Assembly (NCBI GenBank): GCA_965261595.1 | Contig: CBDHDG010000006.1 | Location: 832,001 to 896,000 of the forward strand | Direction: 5' to 3' | Origin: a bacterium | GTDB taxonomy: Bacteria; UBA8248; JACPRG01; G963555815 | DNA: 64,000 bases | Shown: positions 53,749 through 64,000 of the stretch, piece by piece | Position numbering within the stretch: the first letter of the stretch is position 1 | How the letters are laid out: the number at the start of each line of letters is the position of its first letter | The notes under the pieces: model-generated | Told to the model about the DNA's origin: nothing | Database searches by the model: none | The model's input: only the letters and a program-made list of their open reading frames with translations | Translations under genes and position numbers: made by a program

Positions 53749-55314
53749 ATGACCTGGCTCCTCGCGGCGCTTCCGATCCTCACGCTTCTCGTTTTGATGA
53801 TCGGTTTTCGCTGGAGCGCCGCAAAAGCCGGAACGATCGGGCTTGGCGCGGCGCTGCTGACGGCTTCGCTTCATTTCGGGACTGGGCCCCCGGCCCTGCT
53901 CATCGCCCTGGGCCGGGGTCTCCTGCTGGGCCTGAAGGTCCTCTATATCGTTTGGCCCGCCCTTTTGCTCTACCAGGTGGCCCGAGCGCCCGGCGCGATT
54001 CAGAACCTGGGGTGGATTGTGGCGTCCCTCACGCGGAACCACATCCTCCAGCTCCTGATCCTGGCCTTCGGCTTTACGACGTTTCTTCAGGGGGTGGCGG
54101 GTTTCGGCGTTCCGGTCGCGGTTGTCACCCCCCTTCTCGTCGGGATGGGCTACCCCCCGATTCAGGCCGCCGCGGCGGCCCTCGCGGGCCACGCCTGGTC
54201 CGTGTCCATGGGAGACATGGCGTCTTCCTTCCAGGCCCTGCGGGCGGTCACCGACCTTCCGGCCCACACCTTGGGTCTTTGGATAGCGACCTTCCTGGGA
54301 GGGGCCGGAATCCTGACGGCCTTTTCCGTGGTCCACATCCACGCGGGATTCAGCGGCATTTGGCGGTGGCCCGGTCCGCCCCTCATCCTGGGGGCCGTCA
54401 CCATCGGCGTTCAGTGGATGCTGGCCTACTTCGACCTATGGATCATGGCGTCCTTCGGGGGCGGGATGGCGGGGTTGGCCGTCGGCCTCTGGTTGTCGCG
54501 GCTCCCGCGCTACCGGGGGCCTTCCAGGCCCGCGACCCTCGGACCGAAACCCGACGAAGAGCGCGTGCGGTCCGTCCCCCTGCCCCCTGAATCGGAGCGC
54601 ATGGGCTTCGCGCTGGCCTTCGCGCCCTATTTCGCCCTCGTCGGCGTGGTCCTGCTGCCCACGCTGGTCCCCGCCGTCCATCAAGCGCTCGACGCCCTTC
54701 GGCTGAACGTCTCCCTGCCCGGGACGGAGAGCGCATACGGATGGAAAACACCCGCGTCCACGTGGTCGCTGAGCCTCCTCGGGCATCCGGGGGCGTTGCT
54801 CCTGTACGCCGCGGCCATCGGTTACGTTGTCTTCCGGACACGGGGCCGTTGGCCCGCCGGCGCCGCGCCATGGCGGGACACCATCCGGGAGGCCGGACCC
54901 GCGACGGTGGGAATCGTAACAATGGTCTGCACGGCGACGGTGATGACGGCATCGGGGATGACGATGGTTTTGGCCCGGGTCCTGTTTCTGGTCGCGGGAA
55001 AGGGTTATCCCTTTTTCTCGCCGTTCGTGGGGCTGCTCGGCTGCGTCATCACGGGGAGCAACACGAATTCCAACATTCTCTTCGGGGCCCTTCAAACCGA
55101 CATCGCGGGTCTTCTGGGGGCGAGTCCCGTCATCCTTGGGGCCGCTCAGAGCGCCGGAGGGGCGCTGGGCAGCATGGTGGCGCCGGCGAAGGTCCTGTTG
55201 GCCTGCGCCACAGCGGGACTGGCCGGCCGGGAGGGGCGTGTGATCGGCCGGACCCTCGGCTACTGCGTTCTCATGACGTCGCTCGTGGGCCTGGCCGCAT
55301 GGTGGGTCTCCTGA
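53749..55314 (+). CDS. L-lactate permease (LctP family)
   Basis: FLQGVAGFGVPVA, GCVITGSNTNSNILFG..Q, AAQSAGG..GSMVAP.K. Confidence 0.85.
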   Translation: MTWLLAALPILTLLVLMIGFRWSAAKAGTIGLGAALLTASLHFGTGPPALLIALGRGLLLGLKVLYIVWPALLLYQVARAPGAIQNLGWIVASLTRNHILQLLILAFGFTTFLQGVAGFGVPVAVVTPLLVGMGYPPIQAAAAALAGHAWSVSMGDMASSFQALRAVTDLPAHTLGLWIATFLGGAGILTAFSVVHIHAGFSGIWRWPGPPLILGAVTIGVQWMLAYFDLWIMASFGGGMAGLAVGLWLSRLPRYRGPSRPATLGPKPDEERVRSVPLPPESERMGFALAFAPYFALVGVVLLPTLVPAVHQALDALRLNVSLPGTESAYGWKTPASTWSLSLLGHPGALLLYAAAIGYVVFRTRGRWPAGAAPWRDTIREAGPATVGIVTMVCTATVMTASGMTMVLARVLFLVAGKGYPFFSPFVGLLGCVITGSNTNSNILFGALQTDIAGLLGASPVILGAAQSAGGALGSMVAPAKVLLACATAGLAGREGRVIGRTLGYCVLMTSLVGLAAWWVS

Positions 55315-55507
55315 CCCGGAATTCTCATCCATTCAGAATGTAGCGCAGAGGCGCGGGTCGGTGGACCCCCAGCCTCCGTCAAAACGCGGCGCTGCATCAA
55401 AAATCAGCGGAGGCCGAAGCCTCTGCGCTACGCCCGATGGGCCATCGATGGATGAGCATACGAATCGCTCCACCGGTCCCGAGCAAGGTCGTTTTTCCGC
55501 AACCTGC

Positions 55508-55750
55508 CTAGTGTCCTGATTGAGAAATTCGTTGATGAACTCAAGGGAGTTCATCTGCCCATTGAGGCCGGGCTGGAAGCCCGGCCTACCGAGCGGTGGG
55601 GCCGTTTGCAAATGGGTAGGGCGGGCATCTTGCCCGCCTGCCTTGGGCGTTTGGCGACCGGACGCATTGAACCCTCTTCCTCATCTTAGGTGCTCCTGGG
55701 CACGGAGCATCCCCGGTATTGCTCAACGGATTTATCGGACAAGACACTAG
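55508..55750. mobile_element. MITE bounded by CTAG with imperfect TIRs, containing a REP pair
   Basis: ctagtgtcctgattgagaaattcgttga vs reverse complement ctagtgtcttgtccgataaatccgttga. Confidence 0.6.
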
Positions 55751-56278
55751 GTCAATAACCTGATTTCTCGCTTTCTCGAATTAAAAACCCATTGATTTAA
55801 TTGCAATAACGCCTTTGGGTTTGGATCGTACTTTTATATTCTTCAGCCACTCCACCCTTGCGGAGAAGACATCGCCGCACCGTTCCCTGTCCCAATCCAA
55901 TGAATTTTTCATTCCAGCAGGCGCAATCCATAGTACGAAATTAATTGCCAGGCAACCATTTTTTCGATCTGGATGAATTAAGTATGATGTCCCCTTAATT
56001 CCCCCCCTTAATTCCCCGACGTTCAAGATTCTCTTTGAGTGAAAAAGGGGAGCGTTGCTTGACTTTGCACTCCACCGAAAGGTGAAGGAGACCAAAACGC
56101 TCAATCGAATAGATCGGCTGATTACCACGCAGTGCAAAGTCAAGCAACGACCCCAAGTCGCACAAGTTGCGCACAAGCCGCGCATGAGAAATCCGGGCTA
56201 ACGACCCCTCGGTCGGAATGACAGTCAGACCAAATGCGGCACTGGCGGACCAGCCGCCAGTGGCACACTGCCTTGAGA

Positions 56279-56358
56279 TGTAGCGCGGAGGCTTCAGCCT
56301 CCGCGCACGCGCCGCGCCCAATCGAAAACCAGCGGAGGCTAAAGCCTCCGCGCTACAC
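56279..56358. repeat. GTAG-type REP doublet
   Basis: tgtagcgcggaggcttcagcctccgcg ... cggaggctaaagcctccgcgctaca; related 55339-55431. Confidence 0.65.
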
Positions 56359-56535
56359 GGCTTTCGTGAATGCCTGAACCCGCTATTGGACATCGACCCC
56401 TCGCAAAGATCGGGAGGGCGCAAGGCCCTCCCCTACAACAATCGTCTTCACGATAGATGAGCGTAAGAATCGCTCCAATCGTCCTGAGCAAGATCGTTTT
56501 TCCGCAGCCTGCTGGGGAAGTCCCCGGCCAAACCA

Positions 56536-56922
56536 TCAGTCCAGCATCGCGACCGCCTCGATTTCGAGCAGCCAGTCGGGGTGGACCAAGCGGGGGACCT
56601 GGACGTATGTGCTCGGGACCGGCGCGTCGAAGTAATCGCTCCGGACCTTCGAGACCGGCGTGATGTCATTGTCGATGTCGGTGGAGTAGATGTTGATCTT
56701 CACCACGTTTTCAAACGTCGCGCCCACGGACGCGAGACACTTCTTGATGTTCTCGAAAACCTGCCGGGCCTGGGCCTCGATGTCGCCCTTGCCCACGACG
56801 TTGCCATCGGCGTCCACCGACGTCTGGCCGGCCACGTAGACGGTGTTCCCGTGCCGGGAGACCTGTGAAAATCGGGGGGAGGGGTCCCAAATTCCTTCCG
56901 GCTTAATGATTTCCCGCGGCAT
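56536..56922 (-). CDS. RidA/YjgF family protein
   Basis: FSQ..VYVAGQ, NVVKINIY, P.STYVQV..L..LLEIEAVA. Confidence 0.9.
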   Translation of the reverse strand: MPREIIKPEGIWDPSPRFSQVSRHGNTVYVAGQTSVDADGNVVGKGDIEAQARQVFENIKKCLASVGATFENVVKINIYSTDIDNDITPVSKVRSDYFDAPVPSTYVQVPRLVHPDWLLEIEAVAMLD

Positions 56923-57000
56923 GGCGTCCTCCTGTTCAATGAGGCTGAAGTGAGTTTCCCCGAGCGGCGTCTTCGCCGTCCGGGATGGATGCTGAGAACG

Positions 57001-57981
57001 TTATTTCCCCGGCTTCCGCGCCGGGTCCGGCTTGGAGGAGCGCGGCCTTTCCGCGCCGCCCCGGGCCAGACTGGGCTCGGCGAGACACCGCTTCAGGAAG
57101 GGCAGGGCCTCGCTCCAGATGAGGGCACCCGACACGACTCGGCCGCCCGGAACCTCCCGGGAGATGACCTCCCGCCGATCGCCCATCTCCTTTCTGAGCC
57201 GCTCGGCGAACCGGCGCATCTGGAGGACGGACACGGCCCGATCCTCCTTTCCATGGATCAAAAGGACCGGGCAGGACAACTGGCCCGCGAACTCCGCCGG
57301 GGAGCGGATGCGCAGGGCCTCGGAGGATGTTCCGGCCTCCCGCTCGATCCGCTTTCGCAGCGCCAGGGCCTCTTTGGCCGGTCCGGCCGTCGCCCCGCCG
57401 GTCTTCGCGTTCTCCCCGATGACGCCCCGCAGATCGTACAAGCCGCTCTGGAGGATGACGGCGCGGACCTCGGGGACGCTGCGCGCCAGGAGGGCGGCGG
57501 CCGTCGCCCCGCGGGAAGCGCCGAAGATCGCAATCCGCCGGGAATCCACCCAAGGCAGGGCCTGGAAATGGGCCATGGCCAAGCGGAGACGCGACAGCGT
57601 GGCGGGACCGACAAAATCCCGCTCGCCGGGCGTGCCGCCGAAGCCGGGCATGGAGGGTGCCATCGCCGCGTAACCCTGAGAGGCCAGAAATCCCCCCGTG
57701 CCGTCGTAGTAAAATTCCTTCCCCCCATTCATGCCGGTGGCCTCGGGTGAATCCCCGTGAAGCAGGACGACACCGGGGAACGGTCCCTTCCCGGCGGGAC
57801 GGAACAGGAAGATCTCCGTCCGCCCCCCGCCGGGCGGCGTCCGATTCAGAACGACCCGCTTGACGGTCACGCCCTCTTCCGAGGTGGGCAGCGTCGTGAC
57901 CGCGCAACCCGCCGCCAAAGCCAACAGCGCCGAAGCCGCCGCCACGCGGGCGGCGCTGCGAACCCGGTTCCGAATTCTCAT
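57001..57981 (-). CDS. Alpha/beta hydrolase (S9 peptidase-like) lipoprotein
   Basis: Lipobox-like LAAGC; FGASRG nucleophile; LLIHGKED. Confidence 0.75.
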   Translation of the reverse strand: MRIRNRVRSAARVAAASALLALAAGCAVTTLPTSEEGVTVKRVVLNRTPPGGGRTEIFLFRPAGKGPFPGVVLLHGDSPEATGMNGGKEFYYDGTGGFLASQGYAAMAPSMPGFGGTPGERDFVGPATLSRLRLAMAHFQALPWVDSRRIAIFGASRGATAAALLARSVPEVRAVILQSGLYDLRGVIGENAKTGGATAGPAKEALALRKRIEREAGTSSEALRIRSPAEFAGQLSCPVLLIHGKEDRAVSVLQMRRFAERLRKEMGDRREVISREVPGGRVVSGALIWSEALPFLKRCLAEPSLARGGAERPRSSKPDPARKPGK

Positions 57982-58026
57982 TCCGGGCGTCCCTCCCTAC
58001 GCGTCATCCTCGTGTTTCGAATCTTC

Positions 58027-58988
58027 TCATCCATCCGAGGCCGGCACGCCGTGGTCTTGGGCCTGCAGGCACGCGTAGATGACATCGTGTATCGGCGTGG
58101 GAACCCCCGCTTCCCGTCCCAGACGGACAGCGGCGCCGGCCAGGCTGTCGATCTCCAGGGGCTTGCCGGCCTCCAGGTCCTTCTGAAGCGATGAGCGCAT
58201 GTCCGTGAGGCCCTCCGAGAAGGCCATCACCGTGTCCACAATGTCCCCCGGCAGGCTCACCCCCCGCGCCCGCGCCACGGCCTCCACCTCCCGGACGGCG
58301 GATTCATAGAGCGCCCGGGATTCGGGAAAGTCCAGAACGGCCCGCAGCCCCTTGCGCGTCATGGCCGTCATCCCGCTCATCGGGCAGATGTAGAGGAATT
58401 TGGCCCAAAGCGCGGCGTCGATGTCTTCCGCCATCTCGACGGGGATGTCGGTCCGGTGAAAGGCGTCCCGGACCCTTTCGGCCCGCTCCGCCGGGCGGCC
58501 GTCCCGCTCGCCGAAGACGAGCCGCCTCGGGCCGCTCCCGTGCCGGACGAGGCCGGGCGAGACCAGCGTCGCCTCGATGTAAACCGCCCCGGGCAGGATG
58601 TCCGCCCGGACGCCCTCCCCGGCCAGGGCCTCGGAGAGCCGCTCCGCGCTGTCCACGCCGTTCTGGACGGTCAGGATGAACGTATCGCTTCCCAGCAAAG
58701 GCGGAAGCGAGGCGACCGCGTCTTTCGTGTCCGGCCCCTTGACGGCGAACAGGACCCAATCGACCGGCCCGACCTCGCGGGCGTCTTCCGTCGCCCGGAC
58801 GGATTCGGGGGGAAGCCGGAAATCCCCTCCCCCCCCCCTTCCGACGCGCTCTCGACCCGGAGCCCGTTTTCCCGCATCGCCCGGACGTGATCGCCCCGGC
58901 CGATGAGATGTATCTCTTCCCCCGATCGGGCCAGGATCGCGCCGTAATACGACCCGATGGCCCCGGCGCCCAGGACGGCGATCTTCAC
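58027..58988 (-). CDS. panE: Ketopantoate reductase family protein, frameshifted in 58700-58840
   Basis: KIAVLGAGAIG, QNGV, WAKF, SSLQKD..G..LEID..G. Confidence 0.8.
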
Positions 58989-59309
58989 CTGAGAGACTCT
59001 ATGTTGGAAGGCGGGGGGCGCTTCCCGCGCCTTCGCAAGAAAACTGGCCCATTGGCCGAATGCCGGAGCCTTCCGGAGGCGGACGGGCATCCGGCCAAAG
59101 AGAGAGACCACCGATAGGCCGAAGACAACCGGATCAGCCAAACCCACATCCAACCCAGGCAAGGCCAAGCCGTAAGGCTTGGCCCGGTAGGGCGGCCATC
59201 TTGGCCGCCACCGGAAGGCGGGCTGGAAGCCTGCCCCACCAGGGGTCCAGGGGGACGGTTTTTCAAAAAAGCCCCCCTGTCTTGCTTTGGCGGATAGCCC
59301 GCTCATGGA

Positions 59310-60545
59310 TCATTTCCTCTTCCCGCGGACGAGCTTTCCGTTGTCCCACGTCACCACGCCGTTCCGGATGGTATGCCGGACCGGCCCCATGAAGCGGATG
59401 GCCTGCTTGACGTTGGGCCGGCCGATGATCACGATGTCCGCCCGGCCGCCCGGCTTGATCCCGTAGTTCTTCAGGCCCATGGCCTTGGCGGCGTTGACCG
59501 TAACGGCGTCGTAGAGGAAATCGATGTCCTTCACCGTCTGGGTCTGGATGGCGTGGCCCAGGAACCAGGCCACTTCGAGCTGGTTCATCCGGCCGAAGGG
59601 GTAGTACAGGTCCTGGACGTCATCCTGGGAGGACAGGACGTTGATGCCCAGGGCCAGCATCTCCCGGACGCGCATGATGCCCCGGCGGATGGGTTGGTCG
59701 TCGAATCGGCCGTTGAGCATGACGTTGATGTGGGAATTGCACGAGAAATTGATTTTGGCCTGCCGGGCCAGGCGCAGGACCTTGTCGGCGTAGGAGTTGT
59801 TCCACGACGCCATGGCCTCGGAGTGGCTCACGGTGATGTTCCGCCTGAAGCGCGACTTGAGGGCCTTGACGGCCACGGCTTCGAGCGTTCGCGCATTGCC
59901 ATCGTCGGTGTCGTCCAGCAGGAAGGCCAGGTCCTTTCGGTACTCCTCGGCCAACTCGAAGCAGATGTCCACGTGCGCGCGGGCGTCGTCGTCCGTCCAC
60001 TCGAACCACGGGATGCCGCCCACCACGTCCGCCCCCAAGTCCATCGCCTCGCGCATGAGGTTCTCTGTGCCCGGGTCGCAAACGATCCCCTCCTGCGGGA
60101 AGGCCACCACTTCGATGTCGATGACGTCGGCGTAGCGCCGCTTGATCTCGAGGAGTCCCCGGACGGGCGTGTTGCCCCCTCCGATCGTCCCGACGTCGGC
60201 GAACAGGCGCAGGAAGGTCGAGCCGTACTCCACGGCCAGCTCCACCACCGGACCGGCCCGCTCCGCGATTTCCTTCACGGTGTACCGGGTGCGGAAGTGC
60301 AGGGTGTTGCGGATGGCCTCGTCGAACGTGCCCGAGACGTTGGGCTTGAGCTCGCCCAACATGCATTTGTCGAGATGGGTGTGGGCGTTGACGAACGCCG
60401 GGGTGGTGAGACCCCCTTTGGCGTCAATGGTGCGTTTGGCCTTGGCCGAGATCCGCCCGACGCGCCGGATCGTTCCGTCCTTGATCCCGATGCTCACCAG
60501 CTTCTTCTCGCCGCGCAGTTGGGCGTTTTTGATCAAAAGGTCCAT
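59310..60545 (-). CDS. Cytosine/creatinine deaminase-like amidohydrolase
   Basis: NAHTHLDK, VAFPQEG, VVGGIP, QDDVQD.YYPFG. Confidence 0.88.
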   Translation of the reverse strand: MDLLIKNAQLRGEKKLVSIGIKDGTIRRVGRISAKAKRTIDAKGGLTTPAFVNAHTHLDKCMLGELKPNVSGTFDEAIRNTLHFRTRYTVKEIAERAGPVVELAVEYGSTFLRLFADVGTIGGGNTPVRGLLEIKRRYADVIDIEVVAFPQEGIVCDPGTENLMREAMDLGADVVGGIPWFEWTDDDARAHVDICFELAEEYRKDLAFLLDDTDDGNARTLEAVAVKALKSRFRRNITVSHSEAMASWNNSYADKVLRLARQAKINFSCNSHINVMLNGRFDDQPIRRGIMRVREMLALGINVLSSQDDVQDLYYPFGRMNQLEVAWFLGHAIQTQTVKDIDFLYDAVTVNAAKAMGLKNYGIKPGGRADIVIIGRPNVKQAIRFMGPVRHTIRNGVVTWDNGKLVRGKRK

Positions 60546-60737
60546 CGGCTCAGGTCCCCCTGTAAGGATTTCAGCCGATTTCCGCTTCCTGAGAGAAGCG
60601 GCGAATCCATGTGGAGTCCGAGAATGATTCAGCGCCGGTGAGTATAAATTCGCCTTGGCTTTTGTGTCAAAGGAAGAAATATCCGCAAGCCTCCGGCGGG
60701 ACGCGGCTTCAGCGGAAAAAATGTCCCGGAGCGCCTC

Positions 60738-62051
60738 TCAGCGCGCAACTCCCGCGGCGCCCGCCGCCGGCAGGATCTTCCCGAGGACGACCGGCCGGCT
60801 CGCCCCGGTGATGGCCGGGACGTTGGCGGGGACGCCCAGCAGCGCCGCCCTCGCCAGAAGCGCGAACGAGACGCCCTCGACGGCATGGGCCGGGATGCCG
60901 CGCGCATCCGAGCGGACCACCCGAGTCTCGGGAAACTCGGCCGCCAGCCCTTTCATCAAGACCGGGTTCCCGGCCCCGCCGCCGCAGACGACGACCTCGC
61001 CCGCTTCGGGCAGGAACCGCTTGGCCTGCCGTCCGATGGAGCGGGTCGTGAAGGCCGCCAGCGTCGCCATGAAGTCGCAAAAAAGCGGCGAGGAAAACCG
61101 CATCGCCTTTTTCTTCCGGAGGCCCAGGAACACCCTCACGGCCCCCTCCAGCGCATCCGCCCCGAAATCCTCCCGCCCGGTGGCCTTGGGCGGGCCGCGC
61201 CGGATGAAGGGATGATCGAGAAGACGGCCGAGGAGCTTCTCATCGACGGTCCCGCGCGAGGCCGTCTCCCCGTTCCGGTCGAATCCCATCTTCCCCCGGC
61301 TGAACTTCCCGAAGGCGGCGTCCATGAGCATGTTCGCCGGACCCGTGTCGAAGCCTTTCAAACCCGCGCCTTTCCCAGGCTTGCCGGATGAGGCGGGGGC
61401 TTGCGGATCGAATCCGGCCGGAACCCACGTGAGGTTGCCGATCCCCCCCAGGTTGACAACGAGAACGGGCCTGTCGGGACGCCCGAAGAGCAGACCGTGG
61501 GCGTAAGGCGTCAGGGGCGCGCCCAGGCCGCCTGCGGCCATATCGCCGGGGCGGAAGTCCGCCACGACCGTGACGCCCGTGCGCTCCGCGATGACGGCGG
61601 CCTCGCCGATCTGGAGGGTCGCGCCGATGCGCCCGGAACGGACGGGGGGGAGGGGGAGGGGGGGGGGGCGATAGCAGACCGTCTGGCCGTGAGAGCCGAC
61701 AGCCGTCACGTCCGCCGGACGGATTCCGGCCGCCGCCGCGACGCCAATGGCCGCCGCCGCGAACCGCTCTCCGAGATCGTAGTGAAGCGCCGTGAGGTCC
61801 GCCGTGGACTGACCCGGAATGGGCCGCCCCGCGGAAACGGGCGCCTCGGCGGCCCTCAGGATCCGCTCCCGGAGACCTTTGGAAAAAGGGAAAGACCTGT
61901 GCGCGAGCAGCCGGACGGCGGCCGCGCGCGATCGGGAGACGGAAATCAGCGACGCCTCTACGCCGTCCGCCGATGTGCCGGACATGAGACCGATGAAGAG
62001 GGCCTTCCCGGACGAGGTCCGCCCGGAAACCGGCGCTGAGCGCGGCGTCAT
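60738..62051 (-). CDS. anmK: Anhydro-N-acetylmuramic acid kinase
   Basis: GLMSGTSADG, GSHGQT, DFR..D.AAGG.GAPL, NLGGIGN, FDTGPAN, PKATGRE. Confidence 0.93.
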   Translation of the reverse strand: MTPRSAPVSGRTSSGKALFIGLMSGTSADGVEASLISVSRSRAAAVRLLAHRSFPFSKGLRERILRAAEAPVSAGRPIPGQSTADLTALHYDLGERFAAAAIGVAAAAGIRPADVTAVGSHGQTVCYRPPPLPLPPVRSGRIGATLQIGEAAVIAERTGVTVVADFRPGDMAAGGLGAPLTPYAHGLLFGRPDRPVLVVNLGGIGNLTWVPAGFDPQAPASSGKPGKGAGLKGFDTGPANMLMDAAFGKFSRGKMGFDRNGETASRGTVDEKLLGRLLDHPFIRRGPPKATGREDFGADALEGAVRVFLGLRKKKAMRFSSPLFCDFMATLAAFTTRSIGRQAKRFLPEAGEVVVCGGGAGNPVLMKGLAAEFPETRVVRSDARGIPAHAVEGVSFALLARAALLGVPANVPAITGASRPVVLGKILPAAGAAGVAR

Positions 62052-64000
62052 GGCGAGCCGCCTTTCCCCGCCGCGCGCGGAGACCCGCTCGATACGTCGG
62101 GATAGGTCAATCGATACTGGCGGTAATACCCCAGGACCCTCCGGGTGTACCGCCGCGTCTCCCGGTAGGGAATCATCGCGATGAAAGAGGCCTCGTCCAG
62201 GTGGCCGTGCTTCCGCCACCACTTCCCGGCGGCCTTCAGGCCGGCGTTGTATGCCGCCACCGCGGGCGCGCGCGCGCCCCTGAAATGGGCCAGGAGGCGG
62301 CCCAAGAATTCGCTTCCGAGACGGATGTTCAAATCCGGCCGGAACAGGTCGGCCGGAGACGGACGCGGCAGGCCGAGCCGCCCGGCGATTCGCCGGGCGG
62401 TCGCCGGCATGAGCTGCATCAGCCCACGCGCGCCGGCAACGGACAAGGCGTTGGGATCAAAGAGGCTTTCCGCGAGCGTGACCGCGCTGACCAACAGGGG
62501 GTCCGCCGGGGCCGCCTTCCGGCCGCCCGGCCCGGCCGCCGCCTGGTGGAGCCCCAACGCCCTGCGGTCGAAGGGATGCATCATCCGCCGTAACTCCGCC
62601 GGCGAGGCGCGCCCGCCGATCCTCATCCTCCAAAAGACCGGACCGCTCAAGACCCGGAAGGCCCCGTTGTAATCCCGGGCGCGATGGAGAAACCGCGCGC
62701 GCTGGTAACGGAAGTAGGGGTGGATCGGGACGCCCTCTTTCAACACATCGGCCCCCGCCAGGAAAAGCCCCGCCAGGACCAACCGGTCGGCCTCGCGGAG
62801 GATCCGCTTCCCTTGAAGTGTGAGCGCGGGACGCTTGAGGAACCGCGACGCGGACGCCCCCGCGTCCCTGAAGGGCCGGCCGCTCCGGCCAAGCCGCTCG
62901 AAGGCCATCTGCCCGTAATAAGAAGTCGGGGTCCGCGCTCCGGCGTCCTGGTAGTAGCGCTTGGCTTCGGCATGAGCCGCCCGGTCTTCCGCGGCGCGGC
63001 CCGCCCAGTAGAGCGCGGCCTGCCCCACGGGGCGCCGGGCGCGGGCCCTCCCCAGAGCGGAGAAGACCCGCTCGGCCTCGCGATGCCGTTTCCGGCGAAA
63101 GTGGATCCACCCGATGCGCCACCTCGCGAGGTCGCCCTGCCGGGCGCCCGGATGCTTTTTCGCCAGGCGGCGGTAGCGGCCAAGGGCCTCTTCCAGCCGG
63201 CCATCATCCTCGACCACCCTCGCCTGAAGATAGAGGAACCGGCGAGCCCACGGGCTTCCCGGATGCTCGGCGATGAGCTCGCTCCCAACCTTCCGGAAAC
63301 CCGTCCCGTCGCGAAGGCGAAGGTGGGTCCTCGCCAGATAGTAGAGGGCCTTCGCCCGGCGGCCCCTCTCCCCTTTTCCGCCCTGGTCCGCCGCCTGGCG
63401 GAGGCGCTCGGCCGCCTGCCGGGTCTCCCGGAGGAAATAAAGATCCAGCCCCAGGGAAAACACCGCCTCCACCCGGACGGGGGGGGAGATTCGTCTGCCC
63501 AACAGCATCTTCCAGGCCCTCGCCGCCTCGGCGATCCGCCTCCCCCTGTGAAGAATCCGGGCCCGGCCCAGAAGAGCCGAAGTGGACAAACGGGGAAGAT
63601 CCAGCCCGCGTCCCCGCAGCCTGTCCATGGCCTTCGCGGCCTCGGCGGCGGCCGCGTCCAAGGGGCGCCGAAGCCAGATGCGGAAGTAGAGCCGAAGCGC
63701 CTCCGCGGGCCTGCCCGCTTCTTCGAGACACCGCCCCTCAAGGATCCTCAGCCCGGGGCGCCGGGGGTTTCCCGATTTCAGGGCGCGCGCGCCCGCGACG
63801 CCTCGGGCGCAATCCCCCGCGCGAAACCACGCCCGGGCCGCCGCCGCCCGGACCTCAGGCGCCGGACTCCCCGAGCGGCCGATGGAATCGTAGACCTCCG
63901 CGGCGCCGACGTGACGCCCGAGACCCTCCAGCGCGCGCGCCTTGATCCACAGAATGTGGGCATCGAGAACCGCCTGAGAGGGGGGGGTCCGGGAGTCTCC
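62048..64000 (-). CDS. Lytic transglycosylase (Slt-like) with TPR repeats; 5' part frameshifted and outside the window
   Basis: AESLF, ARGLMQLMP, AAYNAG, IPYRETRRY; adjacent to anmK. Confidence 0.85.
   Translation of the reverse strand, partial: GDSRTPPSQAVLDAHILWIKARALEGLGRHVGAAEVYDSIGRSGSPAPEVRAAAARAWFRAGDCARGVAGARALKSGNPRRPGLRILEGRCLEEAGRPAEALRLYFRIWLRRPLDAAAAEAAKAMDRLRGRGLDLPRLSTSALLGRARILHRGRRIAEAARAWKMLLGRRISPPVRVEAVFSLGLDLYFLRETRQAAERLRQAADQGGKGERGRRAKALYYLARTHLRLRDGTGFRKVGSELIAEHPGSPWARRFLYLQARVVEDDGRLEEALGRYRRLAKKHPGARQGDLARWRIGWIHFRRKRHREAERVFSALGRARARRPVGQAALYWAGRAAEDRAAHAEAKRYYQDAGARTPTSYYGQMAFERLGRSGRPFRDAGASASRFLKRPALTLQGKRILREADRLVLAGLFLAGADVLKEGVPIHPYFRYQRARFLHRARDYNGAFRVLSGPVFWRMRIGGRASPAELRRMMHPFDRRALGLHQAAAGPGGRKAAPADPLLVSAVTLAESLFDPNALSVAGARGLMQLMPATARRIAGRLGLPRPSPADLFRPDLNIRLGSEFLGRLLAHFRGARAPAVAAYNAGLKAAGKWWRKHGHLDEASFIAMIPYRETRRYTRRVLGYYRQYRLTYPDVSSGSPRAAGKGGSP

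Noticed and set aside
22240..58988. Widespread pseudogenisation or programmed frameshifting (LLM, HyuA, EamA, PanE, M23 leader)
   Set aside because: Breaks are mostly single-base indels at homopolymers, more simply explained as long-read errors; not resolvable without reads
1..64000. CRISPR array or canonical integron
   Set aside because: No regularly spaced repeats; the 38-bp site lacks RYYYAAC/GTTRRRY boxes and there is no intI

Overview
GC-rich bacterial genomic window. Many single-base frameshifts, mostly +1 and often in homopolymers, suggest long-read errors, so pseudogene calls are tentative. (1) ~1-13 kb is a nested accessory island. It holds a secreted SH3-caspase-PEGA-FGE/CLec gene whose 3' end looks like a diversity-generating retroelement (DGR) variable region. 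It also holds two orphan copies of that region with a conserved downstream hairpin and repeat module, an aapJQMP amino-acid ABC operon, a displaced tRNA-Leu 3' half (att site), two IS3 copies and an intact selC. (2) ~13.7-31 kb and ~45.9-55.3 kb are two paralogous catabolic clusters (crotonase, acyl-CoA dehydrogenase, hydantoinase/oxoprolinase A+B, LLM oxidoreductase). The first adds a thiolase-like/DUF35 pair, a Mo-hydroxylase, a Rieske oxygenase and UbiD. (3) An M23/BTRD1 gene is split by an IS1380 composite unit. (4) A third IS3 copy carries a transposase-free, IS1595-like cassette with two paralogous unknown ORFs and covarying hairpins. (5) The right end is housekeeping (RidA, PanE, deaminase, AnmK, Slt). 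No reverse transcriptase, template repeat, integrase or CRISPR array is visible in the window.
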